Below are positions 38,398-53,721 of a stretch of 63,995 nucleotides of DNA, in pieces. Made by a program: the position numbers and the translations under genes. The DNA comes from Paraspadella gotoi. Lineage: Eukaryota; Animalia; Chaetognatha. Position 1 is the first letter of the stretch; each line of letters opens with the position of its first letter. The notes under the pieces are model-generated. The model made no database searches and was not told where the DNA came from. It saw only the letters and a program-made list of their open reading frames with translations. The stretch spans positions 18,139,715 to 18,203,709 of the forward strand of contig CM119270.1 of the NCBI GenBank assembly GCA_051294375.1, read 5' to 3'.

Positions 38398-39700
38398 CAT
38401 CTATCTATATCTCTCTCTTACTCGCCAATTTTGGATTTAAAATTATCAAATCTTCCTCGACTGTTTCAATATTCTTCAATTGTCCATATCATTTTTCATA
38501 AAACTTTCAAATCAATCAGAGTACAAATTTCTTTCCCCAAGGACACAGCTGAATAAACTCCTGAATAAACTTGTGAATAAAGACTCGAATTCATCACTCA
38601 ATGTTTTTTTTTCTTTAAACATATTCCGCCCAAAAATAATCTTACGAAAACTCCCGAATTCCCCATGCCAATGAAACGGGGGAAAAATAACCCAAAGCGC
38701 AAGGCCCAATCATAAATATTCAACGCTCCAAGCCCAGGCCCATAGATTCCGACGCTCCAAGCCCAAGCCCAATAATTTCCGAAGGCCAAACCCCCGAAGT
38801 TGATTCTCCATTCGTTTTATTCCGCGAATTTATGCGTCTCCGATGTCAGCGAAGAAGGAAGTGCAATTACCTTTTTCTTTTCCCCGGATGTAACGACTTA
38901 ATACGGAATGATATGACGAGAGGTAATATAAGGGCTCATTATGATGTAATCTGACGCATATTGGAAGAAGTATGACCGTATTATATGATTTAGTTTTTAG
39001 AGAACTGAAACTTGATGTGCAATATTGTCACCTTGCAAACTACAATGCTTACAATATACGTAGTTTCGAATACATAAAGGATCGGAGGGAAGGGCACTAA
39101 TGGAACTTACCTCGAGTCGGTGAAAGAAAGAAAGAAAGACTCGGAGCCAAAATGGAGTCGGTGGATGAAAAGAGGCCAAAGAATGGAGGAGCCAAGTTTT
39201 GGACTGGAATGGGTGAGAAAGCCATGCTGTTAACTTTACAATTTACTAATGTAAAAATCTTTAAATCTTTACATCTGCGGCGATCATTACATGTCTTATC
39301 CTTAAACTGAAAACAACTCGATATTTTTCTCAACAAAAATCTACAAAGTCAGATCCCAAACATCCGTGTTTGTTTTCATTACGCACGTTTATATTCAACA
39401 AAAATTAAAAATCATTTTTCATAACATTAAAAGCTATTCCTTGTCAGGAAAGTATGTTCATTTGTTTGTTTATGTTTTTTTTCATTTCGGAATTTTTTTA
39501 AAAATATTTTTATGTAGTCTATAGCCAGTAGTAAATCACTGAGCCCCCAAAGGCTTTGAGATGGGCGTAGAATTTGACGTATAAATTTCGTGGTGAGGAC
39601 TGAGGACTAAGGAGGTCCTCATTTCATCCACCTTCCATCTGATGGAATCAGATCTCAAGAAATGATTTCGATGTTATCTTTCAAATTGAAGTTGATCGTT

Positions 39701-39732
<32 letters not shown>

Positions 39733-39963
39733 TATCTCTGTCACAAGTTGAGGAGAAACGATTTTATTAATGTAAAATTTACAAAAAATTTTCTTTCTAA
39801 AAGAATAAATAATAAATTTGAATTTGAATTGGAACCTTTAAATTAATTAATAATTACGTACTACGTGATTTAAAATATTTTTAGCGCAATTGTGTATAAT
39901 TTAATAGTTTAATTGAAAAGCGTATCGATTTTTATGTGTGATTCGAGTCGCGTTACGACACAA

Positions 39964-40190
39964 GTCACGTGATGATCGGTCACGTGATGATCGGTCACGT
40001 GATGATCGGTCACGTGATGATCGGTCACGTGATGATCGGTCACGTGATGATCGGTCACGTGATGATCGGTCACGTGATGATCGACCACGTGATGATCGGT
40101 CACGTGATGATCGGTCACGTGATGATCGGTCACGTGATGATCGGTCACGTGATGATCGGTCACGTGATGACCGGTCACGTGATGACCGGT
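39964..40190. repeat. 15-bp minisatellite (GTCACGTGATGATCG) x15
   Basis: CACGTG recurs every 15 nt from 39966 to 40176, and the units are nearly identical. Confidence 0.97.
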
Positions 40191-41296
40191 CGTGGAGAAC
40201 GCGACATCTTTGTTTGCTGAGGAAAAGACTTCGAGACTGGAATACGGTTTCCTTTTCATGCTCTCTCTCTCTCTCTCTTCATCTCTCTCTCTCTCTCTCT
40301 CTGCCATAAATCAAAGAAACGAAAATTTGCTCAGGCGTTAAGAGTAAATATGGAAACCGAAGATGCGACAAGAATTCGTTGCCCGAATTTTCCCTTTTGG
40401 ATTTTTATTTCTCGTCCATTTTTTTACTTTTCATTGACATTTTTTTGATTTGTTTTTGATTTGTATGTTTTCTTTTAAATTTTAATTTCAATATTAAACT
40501 TAATTTTGATCTCTTTCTCTCACTCTCCTCGGTTTTTTTTCTTTCTCTGTTCGTCTCTCTATCTCTTCTCTCTGTCTCTCTCTCCTCTAGTCTCGTCTCT
40601 CGTCTCTCTCTCTCTCTTCTCTCTCTCTCCTCTCTCTCTCTCTCTTTTTCCCATACCATAATTTTTTCCCACAACTTTCTCCAAATCTTCTCAGCAACAA
40701 CAAAAAAAAAAAAATACAGAAAACAAAAATTTTTGTTACTTTTCATTCGTTGGTTTTTCCGGAAGAATATTATATTTTATTTTTTATTAGGATTCGCGCC
40801 TTTTCCTCCTCTACTTTTTCTTTCATTCCATTCTATTATTTCTTATTCGCGCTCGTATTTCTTTTCGAACATTCATTTACTCTCTCTCGTGCTCTCGTCT
40901 CTCTTATCTCTCTCTCTCTCTCTCTCTCGGCGTCACGCTTCTCGGATCTCGTCGTCTCTCTCTCTCTGTCTGGCTTCCTCGAGACGGTCCCTTCTCAAGA
41001 TTATGATATCGAAAAAAAAGTTCCCTTGCATCCTTGCCTCAGGCTTTTCTTAGTTTCTCTCTGCCCCTTGCTCCATCTCTGTCTCTCTCTATCTCATGTC
41101 TCTTTTCTTTACTTTTCTATTCTCTTCTACTCTTCTCTCCTCCTTACCTTCCCCTTCCAGCCGCTTACCTTACCTTACCTTACTTTCCTTTTTCTTCAAC
41201 CAAATCTTGCGTGATCAAAACGTGGTTTGCCCGGGGAGACTGGCTTAGCCCCCGTCTAAAGTACAAATTTGACGTGCTATTTTTCTCTGTTTTCTT

Positions 41297-41337
<41 letters not shown>

Positions 41338-44300
41338 GGTAGAGAATAAATCCTTAAAAACCCGACACGATTTTGAATTTACATTCAAAAATCGTCTTTT
41401 ATCCAGATTTTATTTTTCTGAGCTAAAAATGAAACCAGAGTTAATCGTAATATTCGTCTGTAAGAATCACGATGGAAATCTGAACGAATTCTAGTTTGTA
41501 TGTATTTGCTACTTATTGCTATTTATTGAAGTTTGTTGAGAAAACAAATAACAAAAGTTTTGCAATTTTCAGAGCAGCTTTTATAGGATAATAGGCGATT
41601 TTCTGTGGTAAATGCAAAAATATATTTGTAAATTTCGTACGATTGTCCAAAATAAACGCCAAATAAGACCGTGCGGTCATAGATTGATAATTATGGTGAA
41701 ATTAAGCATTTAAATGTTTCTAGATTAGGAGACAAAATAATTGTTTCAATACCAAAACATATCGTTAGAAAGAAATTATCGACAAAGACGTCAAGTACTT
41801 GAGCTCATCGGGTCAAAACAATTTGTTCGCTAAAATATTCGCCGACGAAACTAAAAACCGTGAAAATAACTCATAAGGCTGAGAATAATAAAATAATAAT
41901 AATAATAATAATAATAANNNNNNNNNNNNNNNNNNNNNNNNNNNNNNNNNNNNNNNNNNNNNNNNNNNNNNNNNNNNNNNNNNNNNNNNNNNNNNNNNNN
42001 NNNNNNNNNNNNNNNNNNNNNNNNNNNNNNNNNNNNNNNNNNNNNNNNNNNNNNNNNNNNNNNNNNNNNNNNNNNNNNNNNNNNNNNNNNNNNNNNNNNN
42101 NNNNNNNNNNNNNNNNNNNNNNNNNNNNNNNNNNNNNNNNNNNNNNNNNNNNNNNNNNNNNNNNNNNNNNNNNNNNNNNNNNNNNNNNNNNNNNNNNNNN
42201 NNNNNNNNNNNNNNNNNNNNNNNNNNNNNNNNNNNNNNNNNNNNNNNNNNNNNNNNNNNNNNNNNNNNNNNNNNNNNNNNNNNNNNNNNNNNNNNNNNNN
42301 NNNNNNNNNNNNNNNNNNNNNNNNNNNNNNNNNNNNNNNNNNNNNNNNNNNNNNNNNNNNNNNNNNNNNNNNNNNNNNNNNNNNNNNNNNNNNNNNNNNN
42401 NNNNNNNNNNNNNNNNNNNNNNNNNNNNNNNNNNNNNNNNNNNNNNNNNNNNNNNNNNNNNNNNNNNNNNNNNNNNNNNNNNNNNNNNNNNNNNNNNNNN
42501 NNNNNNNNNNNNNNNNNNNNNNNNNNNNNNNNNNNNNNNNNNNNNNNNNNNNCCGATTCACTCAATTCTTGGTTCTGTATTCCATCTTGAAATGATAATA
42601 ATAATAATTAATAGATAAAAAAATTATAAACTAATAATAATAATAATAATAATAGTAATATAATATATATATAAATAAGTAATAATAATAGATAATAAGC
42701 AATATAATAAATAAACATGGCTGAGAAGTAATCTAACATTCGACACAGACTATTCTTACTCGCTTAAAGACTTTCGTTCAAATAGGGATGAACACGATCC
42801 AGTCCAGTCCATAAACGTGTCAACGACAAAGTGAAACAAAAATATCTCTTACTCGTCAAAAAAAAACGATTTGTTGACTGAATTTTGCGTGTCGATGAGT
42901 AATCCGGCGCTCCTCGCCCCACAAGTATTGGCGCCGCGAGTACTCGCAGGAGCATATTTATAACTCTATAAGTACGGTCTGTCGGTCGCTCGGTATGTTT
43001 GTCCGTCAGTCTGTCACACTTACGTTAAAAATTTATTTAATTTGCCTTTAGTTGGTTGCTCATTTGTTAAGACAGAAAAAGACCTCCAATCTAAAGGACT
43101 GCAAGCGCCGCCTTCAGGAATTCGTAAAACTATAAAGAATAAAAGACGGAATTTTGATGCAGTACATGTCATAAATAGACGGGCAAAAAAAGTTTTTTTA
43201 GTCATTTCATGTCATATCATATCATATCATATCATGTTATCAAAAAAAAATACACATGAAAATAAAGTCACTGCGGCGCAACACATTGGAATCACCGTTC
43301 TTGTTTTTTAAGTTTTTTAAGTTTTTTAAGCTTTTGCCAGTAACTCAACAAAATATATTTTTATTTCCCCAACTGACATTTCCCTTCATGACATTGTGTT
43401 TCTGAGTTTCTGACAATCGTCCGATTCCCTGTTTCGTCCATTCCACAACTGTACGTACAGTTTCAAAGCTGTCCTTAATTACATCCGCACGTACGGTTTA
43501 CAATTTTCTATTATCCGTTCGTCTGTTCCTCTTCGCTATTTTGTCGCTGGAATAAAAAAAAATTCTTGCTCCATTTTCAATTTAAAAAAAAAAAATTCTC
43601 TTGGATTTAATATCGTCCTTTTTCGTCATTAAGCTAATGGTTTTTCAACGAACGAATTTATTTCTACCGATCTGATTACAAAGTATCTTTGGCAGTGATT
43701 TCTATTTGGGTATTTTCAACAATGAAATTGAAACTTATATAACTATTATTTCTTTTTTCCCACTGATTAATATCACACACGCTTTATTTAAAAAAACGGT
43801 TGGCTATAGTTATCTTCTCCTTATAACATAGAACTCACTGGGAGAATTTCTATGCTTTCAAAATACGGTAAGACATAATTTCTTTTACGGTAATCTTTCT
43901 ATTTATGGTATCTGCCCTAATTAAGATGAAACTAAAAGGATTTTTTATGGTAAGGGCAACTTTTAAAGATTAAATTTCTCGTCAAATCTATCGCGTTTTT
44001 TAGATATTAGGCAAAAAAAGGGCACACTATATTTTAAAACTTTTTTCTATTTTTTCCACTATTTTTTTCTCTCTTTAACCTTCTCTCTGTCCCTCTCTTT
44101 TTCTCTCTTTCTCTCTATCTTTCTCTCCTTTTCTCCGACTTTTCTATCCTCATATTTCTCTGTGTCATCCCTTCTTTTCTTCCTTTACCTTTATTTTCCT
44201 CTTTCTCTATCTCTGCTTTTCTCTCCCTCTCTGATTCTCTTTCNNNNNNNNNNNNNNNNNNNNNNNNNTTCCCTTCTTTCTTATCTTTTCTTTTCTCTTA

Positions 44301-47300
44301 ATTGTTCTCGTTCTCCCCCTGTCTCCCCATTATATTAATTTTCTTTCCACTATTTGTTCTCTCTCCCTGAAACTTTTTTAATTCACCCATGCTTCTCTCT
44401 TCTCTTATCTTTTCTCAATTCTCACTCGTTTTTTGTTATTTATATCAATACTGGATGTATAAAAAAATCTTTAAAATGTATTTTGCTAATAAAAAAATAG
44501 TTGGCCGGGTAGCGTAATGATTTGTATTCAAAGTTTGGTTGCCTGCATTATTTAAAAAAATCGACAGCAATTTTGCGAAATTTTTTCCAGAAAAAGCCTG
44601 GTCGATTGAGGGAATATTAATTTTACTGTACGCTTCCCCTGTTCATTTAAAAGAAGGCCGGGTCTTTTTTTAATTTTTCAACTTTCGAGTATGATTTCTT
44701 ACTATTTGTAAACTATGAAAATGAAGTGCAAAAATCGTAGCTTATAGTTCACAATAAAACGCTCCTTCACATAATCCTCACAATTAAAAATAGGCCTTTA
44801 AAAATTTTTTTGCAGCCAAAGTATTAAATTTTTTTGGGCGCCTATTTTACGGTACCAGAAGCCACCGTTGCAATACGGGCAATATATTGATTAGAATTGT
44901 GGACAATATTTGGAAGTATTTTCGTTTAACAAATTGTAATTAAGAATCTATAAAATGTAAGTTTTTGACTAGTCAATTTAAAAATTAATTCTATAGGCAA
45001 ACAACAATAGTTGTTAACTATCAAATGCGATATCCAATCCTAGAGGTAAAGAAGATAAGAAGTACCGAACTAATCCGGAGTAAAATATATTTTTTCTTCA
45101 ACTATCTTGAATGTCAAATCTCAAGGACAAAAGTCAAAATGGACAATAAGGATGGACATAATTTTTTTTATTAAAGCTAGCCAAAATAATGGTATTTATT
45201 CTTGTATTCAAAATGAAGCAGATGCACTGTCAATTAATTCCGCTCAGTCCACGCCGCTCTTGCTCTCGTCTTAGGCATTTTCAACTCTCTTAATCAATGA
45301 TTGTTGGCCTAATAGTATCTTAGCCAACTAGTGGGCAAAAGTTGGTTTTTGCTGAATTTTCTTTGATAGAAAATCACTGCTCCCTTTTCTCTTTTATCCA
45401 GTTTTTTTTTTTTTTTTGCCAATATATTTAAACGAGAAACCTCAAACCCCAGCCCTTTCCTTTGAAAACTCACCCACCCACTAACAACCTACCATCTCCC
45501 TACCCACTCCCACCCCACCTCCCCCCCACCGCCTCGTTTTCTCCTTTGACGGGCAGTGAAACGCGTTTTACTTTGAGTAAGATGACATACATCAAAACTC
45601 TTCCATTAAAGGCTGACACGCGGGCGGTTAAACTCCCCCCTCCCGTTTTTTAGAAATTCCAAGGTCCGCGCGGGGGGAGATGGGGGCGGAGAGGGAGAAG
45701 AAGGAAGGGGGAGGAGAGAGGGCAGGAGGAGGGAAGGGATGAGGGAGGCGAGAGGATGGAGGAAGGGGGGAGAGAGGAGGTAAGGGGGAGGGAGGAGACA
45801 GAGCGAGGGAGAGAGGGAGGCAAGGGAGGGAGGAGAGAGGAAGAAGGGGGAGGGAGAGAGGAGGATGAGGGAGAGGAGGAGGAGGAAGGAAGGGATGGAG
45901 GAGGAGGAAGGGGAGGAGAGAGGGAGGAGGAGGAAGGGGGAGGAGAGAGGGAGGAGAATCCTCTCTTTTTTGGGGAGAAGAGAGGTGGGAGATAGAGGGG
46001 TAAAAAGAGAAGAGAGAGTAGAGAGAGGGAAGAGGGTTAAGAAGAGAGGTGAAAGAACGTGGAGAGGGGGAGAGGAAGAGAGGTAAGAGAGATGAGTGAG
46101 AGTGAGTGAAGAGAGGAGAGATCATAGAGAGTAAGTGTTAGAGAGGTTGTCATATCGCCAGATAGAGAGAGAGAGAGAGAGGTAGAAAGAAAAGAAGAGA
46201 TTCCAAAGGAAGTGGGAGAACGATAAATGAGGGTTGCTGGGAATTAAGGTCTGCGCCTGGGATGATGGGGCGATCCAACAAGAGACGAGGAACGAGACGA
46301 AGGGAAAGGGGAGAAAAAAATTGGCTGATACGGACGGGCGACTGGAACCTCCTGTCTCAATGACGTTCTTGTCGCGCGTTACCGACTTACTATCAAGATG
46401 AAGTTTTTAAATTTTTAAAATTTGGTCGAGGTACAGTGTCGGTAGTGTCACATTCNNNNNNNNNNNNNNNNNNNNNNNNNNNNNNNNNNNNNNNNNNNNN
46501 NNNNNNNNNNNNNNNNNNNNNNNNNNNNNNNNNNNNNNNNNNNNNNNNNNNNNNNNNNNNNNNNNNNNNNNNNNNNNNNNNNNNNNNNNNNNNNNNNNNN
46601 NNNNNNNNNNNNNNNNNNNNNNNNNNNNNNNNNNNNNNNNNNNNNNNNNNNNNNNNNNNNNNNNNNNNNNNNNNNNNNNNNNNNNNNNNNNNNNNNNNNN
46701 NNNNNNNNNNNNNNNNNNNNNNNNNNNNNNNNNNNNNNNNNNNNNNNNNNNNNNNNNNNNNNNNNNNNNNNNNNNNNNNNNNNNNNNNNNNNNNNNNNNN
46801 NNNNNNNNNNNNNNNNNNNNNNNNNNNNNNNNNNNNNNNNNNNNNNNNNNNNNNNNNNNNNNNNNNNNNNNNNNNNNNNNNNNNNNNNNNNNNNNNNNTT
46901 TTTTTTGCAAAATGGCGTCGTCAAATTTTTATGCCTAACGATGGAGATAACAAAAGGGGCGTGGCAATATCCCGTCGTTATCTTCCATGACGTTATCGGC
47001 GTCTCTTGAGACAGACGGTTCCAGCTTCAAAGAGGCAGATTTAAGCAGCTTGTGCTTCGTCTATACTTTTTTTTTCTCGTCTAATCGTTACAGTACTTTT
47101 AATTAAATATTTTATAATAATATTTTAATATTATAATTATAGTTTTTTTTCTTTAAAATAAAACTATCGTATTTTTTAAAACCATACGCCATAAATTTAC
47201 AGTCAATACGTCAACAATACGCCATCAAATTCTCTGTCGATTCGCCATCAATACGCCATCAAATTCTCTGTCGATTCGCCATCAATAGGCCACCGATTCG

Positions 47301-48739
47301 ACTTTCCGTCGCCAACTGCGTCCACGATTCAGTTCCGTCGCTTGGCAACGCGCGCTTCTCTTCTCGGATTCGACTTTTTCCGGCGAATGAGATTCCGGCG
47401 AATGAGATTCCGGCGAATTAAAAAAATTCCGGCTTGAGAGATGAAGAGAGAATTGGCAGTCGATCCGGAAAGAGTCCGTTTAATGGACTCGAGCGACGGG
47501 AATAAATGTGGAGGAAATATTAAAAGATATTAAAGAAATATTACGAAAATACTAAAGGAATATTAAGGGAAATATCCTTCCGACGGAAAATGTTACGAGG
47601 AACAATTTCTTATCGAGAGCTAAGTTTTATTTTTTTTTTTAAATTTTTATAGAAAAAAAATACATTTTATTAGCTAATCTTTTTTTTTTCAAATTATTGA
47701 TAATCGTAACGTTTCCCATGGAGCGTTTTAAAGTATCAAAAGCAAGCAATAGAAAAAGCAATAGCAAGCAAGTTCCCTTACACGCTTGAATTTTTAAGCG
47801 ACGACTTGGACGTTTGCATCCTTCGCTTGAGTTTCAAACCGTCGGCTCTTATTTTTGGAACCAGCTCGGTCTGGAATAGAATATAAAAAGAGACATAATT
47901 CACTATCACTCTCTCTCTCTCTCTCTCTNNNNNNNNNNNNNNNNNNNNNNNNNCTCTCTCTTCTCTCTCTCTCTCTCTCTACGTAACGAGAAACGGGTCC
48001 CGCGATCACTCAAGCGGGTCTCATTACGACGACAGAAGGATTTTTATTTAGAGATGACAACAACAACAACAAGACGACGACGACGACGCGACGACGACGA
48101 CGACGATGAACCGCTCAGTTAAAAATCCTCAACGACTGAGTTAAGAGACTCTTGACCAACGACTCGAAAGGATTGAGTTTGAAGAATGAAGATGAGATGA
48201 GAAATTGAGAATGACATTAATAATGAAGTAACGAGATGAAACATTGAAAACGAGGAAAAGTTGATTTCAAAATATTTTTAAATGAGAAGTAAAAAGATGA
48301 TTAATAAAAAAAAAAGATACAAATGTGACTTGAAAAAAATAGATAAAATAAAATATTCGGCGGTTCAAAAGTCCAAAAATCGTCCAAAGTTTAAAAAACG
48401 CGACGCTAGAGGGCGACGACCGAAAAGGGAAACTTGAGGTCAAGGGATCAAGTAGAGGAAGGTCACAGGTGGGCGAAGAAAAAGGGTCGAGAAGGGACAT
48501 CCGTTGACCCCTTGTGAAGAAGGACCACTTTTTTGTTTTATTTTTTTCGAGATTCCCTTCAACTGTTTTTGTCGTTTCTGTTTTGTTTGTTTCTTTTTTT
48601 TGTGTTTTTTTCAAAATGGTCAAAATCAAGTACGAGAGATAATATGGCCTCACCACTGTAAGTAACGATGCGGCGTCTCAGGTTCACCCTGGGCCTGTCC
48701 AGTTGTTGGATATAAATCCGTGAACCGGTTCTAAAATGA

Positions 48740-49250
48740 CGCAAGTACTTGGGGTGAATAAACGGGACTGTGAGGAGGTATCTGATTGAAAGCTTGCGCA
48801 GGGACCTGCTTATGTATTTTCTTGTAAGAGTGATGGAGCCTTAACCACTAAAGCCAGTCCAAAGTCAGGGACAAGATAAGCCTTTTATTTTTATTAAATG
48901 AATGGATAATTTATATGGTATACCAATTTCATGAAAATTCCAGCTCCTTGTATTTTGATGTAGTTGCGGAGTTACAAATAAGTATTCCCCGATCTAATAC
49001 TACAATTGAAACATCTTTGAAATATTTTCCACTTCATTGATAGGGAAGCCAGGTACTCTGGAGTGTAATAAAACGGGACTTAGTGAGAGAGTAATTGATT
49101 GACAAGGCTTGAGGGGACCTGCTATGTAAATATTCTTGTAAGAGTGATGGAGGCCTTAAACCACCAAAGCCTGTCCAAATATGGCAAGGATATGCTTATT
49201 TATTAAATGAATGATAATTTATTATTGGTTTACCAATTTCATTAACAATC
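48740..49250 (+). repeat. Dispersed repeat family with ~310-bp tandem unit
   Basis: The motif series GTACT..GAGTG.ATAAACGGGACT...GTAAGAGTGATGGAGGCCTTAAACCAC.AAAGCCTGTCCAAAGTCA recurs at 48743 and 49051. Related copies lie at ~1110-1335 (+), ~9870-10300 (-), ~54370-54880 (+) and ~55860-56170 (-). Confidence 0.85.
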
Positions 49251-51170
49251 GGCACTTCACTAGATCGAGTCACGGATAGGCTCAAGAGACGGGAGCACCG
49301 CTAGACTGTGCAGTTACCCCGTGGCGTCTCGCCGTGCGATATCAACCAATACGTCCATAACAAATACACGCTTTTGCGAAAGGAGTATTTCATTTTATCT
49401 GTGCGCATAATACTTAATTTAGTACTAATGTTACCTGAAACAATTACGCTTAACGGAAAGATATTTCATTTATCGTTCATAATACTATATTTAACTAATT
49501 TACTAAACAAATACCTTCTCGAAAGAGTATTTCATTTCATCTCATAATACAGATTTTAACTAATTTTACTGAACAAATACTGCTTTCGAAGAATTTCATT
49601 TATCCATATAATACATGAAGATTTTAACTAATGTTACTACCAATACGCTTTCGAAAAGTATGTCATTTATCTGCTAATATTAATTTTATATACTAATGTA
49701 GTCTAAGCATTGACACGCATGAACGTGAGTTCTTCCAATATAAAAGCTATTTTTTTCACACGATGAAAAAACCAAGATATTCCCGTACAGGAGATAAAAA
49801 TTGGGCACCACTAAGAAAAAATCTACATTGCCCGAGTATCCTTGATGTTCAAAAATCGACAAAAGGTGTAATAAAAAATGACAGAAAAATAGACGAGAAG
49901 GGAATTACATACATGACAGGTATGTACCGCGTACGTGACATAACAGTGCAGTGCCGCACATGCCATCATTATGCTTCTAAATTGCTTTTTCCGAAAACAC
50001 CATCCAAGTCTGACTCCATTCTATCATATTCAATTTCAATCGTGACTATGGTTTCTCTTATTCTAGCCATCCAGCCGCCAATACAGCCTCTCGCTCATAA
50101 TGCGCAATAGCTCGACAAGACATTTCAAACGTCATCAAAGCTCTTTTGTAACTCTTCTTCCAGGTTTCTTTTCCTCCTATGTGCCACCCAATTTCTTTCC
50201 CTGAATGACCACAATAATTCTGCCCCTCCTCACTATTCTCGATCGTTTACCCTGTCTTTCATTTCTTCATTATTTTCTTCCATTTTCCGCGTTTCATTCT
50301 TACTTACTTTGTCATTACTTCCTACCTTCCTACCTTCTTTTTTCTGATTATATTTTTTTACTTGTTCCTCGTTTACTTTTATCATCCCTTCCCACTTTTT
50401 CTACCCATTTCTCACCCCTTCTCCCCTCTCATTTTCTTTATCCCTCCTAGTTTATCTCCCTTCCTCCTTTCTCTTCTTCTTTCTCCCTCCTTCTCCTTTC
50501 CCTTTCTCCTTTCTTTCTACCTCCTTCCTCCTTTTTCCTCTTCTTTCTCCCTTCTTCATATAATTTATATCTCTTTTTCTCCTTACCTCTTTCTTCTCCT
50601 TTCTTTCTCCACTTCCTTCTTCTTTCTCTCTTTTACTCCCTTCCTTACTCTCTCTTCTCTCTTTTTCCTTACCTCCTTACTCCTCTCCTTTCTTCTCCCT
50701 TCTCCTTTCTCCTCATTCGTTTTTTCTCCCTTACCGTCCTTTCTCCTCTCCATTTCTTCTTTTTCCTCCGCCAACTCCACTTTTGTCTTTTAACTTTTTC
50801 AATTTCTCCCTCCATGTTATTCTTTTTCTGTAGAACCAGAGAAAGAGGAAAGAAGTAAAAAGAAAAAAAGAAATAAAGAAAAAAGAGGAAAATGAATTGA
50901 GAATCGAGAGAATAAAGAAAAAAGGAAAAAGGTGAGATTTACTAAAAAAAAGAAAAAAGATGAAGAGAGAATAAGAAGAGAGAAAGGAAAAAAGTAAAAA
51001 ATAGAGGAAAGAAAAAAATCTGAAAAAGGAAGAGAGAGAAGAAAAAAAGACAAGAAAAGAAAAGAAGAGAAAAGAAAAAGACCCACAAAGTTATGGAGGG
51101 AAAGAATTTCCCGTCGATGTCTTCGCTAGGGGTTTTTGGGTTGGGGATTGAATGAGATTACAGATGAAAG

Positions 51171-51240
<70 letters not shown>

Positions 51241-51630
51241 TTCTGCTCTCTCTCTCTCTTCTCATGGGAATCAGCGATGGGAAGAAATGAACGAGAATAC
51301 AAGAGCGGGTCCTCTCACCCCTTTTCTCCGTCGTTTCCCACGTCTCACAACAACAACAACAACAACACAACCAAAGGATGGAAAATATGTTTGACCGCAA
51401 AGAAGTGAAAGATTTTTTTTTCAAACTTAATCCATCGATAAAAAAAATAAATATCATCGGCGGGAACAAGGTTTTCTCTTTGTTGATGTGTTTTTCCTCT
51501 TTTTTTTTATTTAATTTTTTTGTTGTCGAGAATTTAATTATAAAAAATTAGAGTAGGTCTGCTCGGGGACAAGTCTTCTGTGAAATCTTGAGGACGCTTA
51601 AATTTTATTTTTTATACTCTCTCTCTCTCG

Positions 51631-51662
<32 letters not shown>

Positions 51663-52455
51663 TCCTCATTTCTGTAAATATCTTTCTTCGCTTTTGATGC
51701 AGTTTTTTTTCTTCTTCTTTTATTTTCGCTCAAGTCATATTTTTTTTTTTTAATCTCCGTTGAAACTGCACTTTTTTTTTTCGTCCAGTTTTTTTTCTTT
51801 TTTTTTCCTTATTTTTACTTTCTTTTTCAGGTAGTTTTTTCTTTTCTTTTCTTTAATTTCTTTTTTTCCCTTCTCTTTCCTTTCAGTTTATTTTTCACGA
51901 AAATCCTTTTTGTTCACATGAAAACGAATCATCTCATCTCGTGATCGACATTCATCTCACATTTAAAAAATTGAAATCGCGACGAAAAATTAATCGAGGA
52001 AAAAAAATAAGTTTTCAAACATCGATTTGTTTTTTGTATATTCTACAAGGATTTTGGTTTATTTTCTAAAACTTTATGTAATATTGCCTAATCACGATAA
52101 AATGTTCGAACTTCCCCGCCCCCCCCCAAAAAAAAAAAACTTAATAACGACGAGGACAACGCGACTGGAATAATAGAAACTACGCGACCGACAACGACGG
52201 ACGACAACGACGACGATAACGATCTCGATATTAAAGACGATAAAGCCGACAACCGGACGACGACGACGACTAGAACTGGATAACGACGAAACCGTTCTGG
52301 ACCGAAAGAAAAGAAAAATGTTACCGCGAAAAATAATCAAATCGATTTTTTGCAAATGAAGCTTTTTTTTTTCTTTTCTTTTACGTTTTCTCTCAAACTC
52401 GGTTGATCACATTTAGAGATTCTGTCGCCCCTCCTATGCCTTGAACCGCTCATCT

Positions 52456-52559
<104 letters not shown>

Positions 52560-53557
52560 CATTTCCTGATTTTATCGACTGCAAACTCGCCGACTGAATG
52601 CGGGGGCGTGCTGGTGTGAGTGCGTGCGAGTGAGCGTTGTGCCTTTGGATGTTTTCCAGTCTAGCGTCCTCCTGCGGCGTGCGCCGTGGCCGTGGGTGGG
52701 CCTGACTGGTGTGCGCTGCGCGTCCGGGTCTGGGTGTCTGTCCTCGTGCGCGTCGGTTCGCTCCGCGTGCTTTGCCCAAGAGAGGAGTGTGGAGGGGGTG
52801 TGAGATGTGAAAAAGTGTGATGCGAGCTGGAGAAGTGTGAGTGGGGAGTGATAATTAGTGTGAGGGAAGAGAGAAAACGTGTTGGAGGTGCCGGGGAGTG
52901 GTGATGATGTACTTTCGTTTGAGGGTGTGGAGAGGAAGGGGAGGAGTGTAGAGCGGCTGGCGTGGGTGGGTGCCATGCAAAAGCAAGTGTTGCCTCATGT
53001 TTTCTGTTTCCTCAACGTACCTTCTCTTTGACATTTATTATTCTTTTATTATATATTTTTATTATATACTTTTACCACACCTATTTTTTACCGTACAATT
53101 TATTATAAAATCTTATAAGATATCAATAAATTTTTCGTTTATACTTAGAGGATGAAAATTACAATGGCGTTTATACTTATAATTTTTACGTTTTATGTGT
53201 GTGTGTGTGGGGTGAGTATGTGAACGTGCGAGTTTGAGAGCAGTGGCGAGGGAGTGGGAGGGGGGAGCAAGATGGCTTAACAAATTTTTAAACTTACTAT
53301 TTAAAACGCAACCAGCTTAAAGCCTCTTAATTCTTTCCCCTCGGGCGCGGTGAAGGCGTGTGGAGGTTGCGATGTCCCCAGTCGAGTGTTACCGGAGCGA
53401 GAGAGACGGGCTGACGATCTCTTGATAATTCGCTGTGAGAGGAGTCTTTCATGGACAGTGAAGTAATTATGAGGAGTGAGCGTGCGCAGAGAGTTCAGAG
53501 ATTGCGCGTCGGATGGCCACTCGTGAAGCGTGTAGAAGGGTATCCTCTCTGCTATGT

Positions 53558-53559
<2 letters not shown>

Positions 53560-53596
<37 letters not shown>

Positions 53597-53689
53597 AACG
53601 AGAAACGGGTCCCGCGTCACTCAACCGGGATCATCATTTACGACGACAGAAGGATTTTTATTTAGAAGATGACAACAACAACAAACAAG

Positions 53690-53721
<32 letters not shown>

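Noticed and set aside
39909-40309. ORFs with DHHVT / SRDDR / MIGHV repeats, and a possible CRISPR-like array
   Set aside because: These are translations of a 15-bp minisatellite. The units are contiguous with no unique spacers, and there are no cas genes.
52560-52980. GC-rich island with 109-134 aa ORFs
   Set aside because: No protein motif or splice structure; G/T-biased sequence next to the duplicated block looks like low-quality read sequence.
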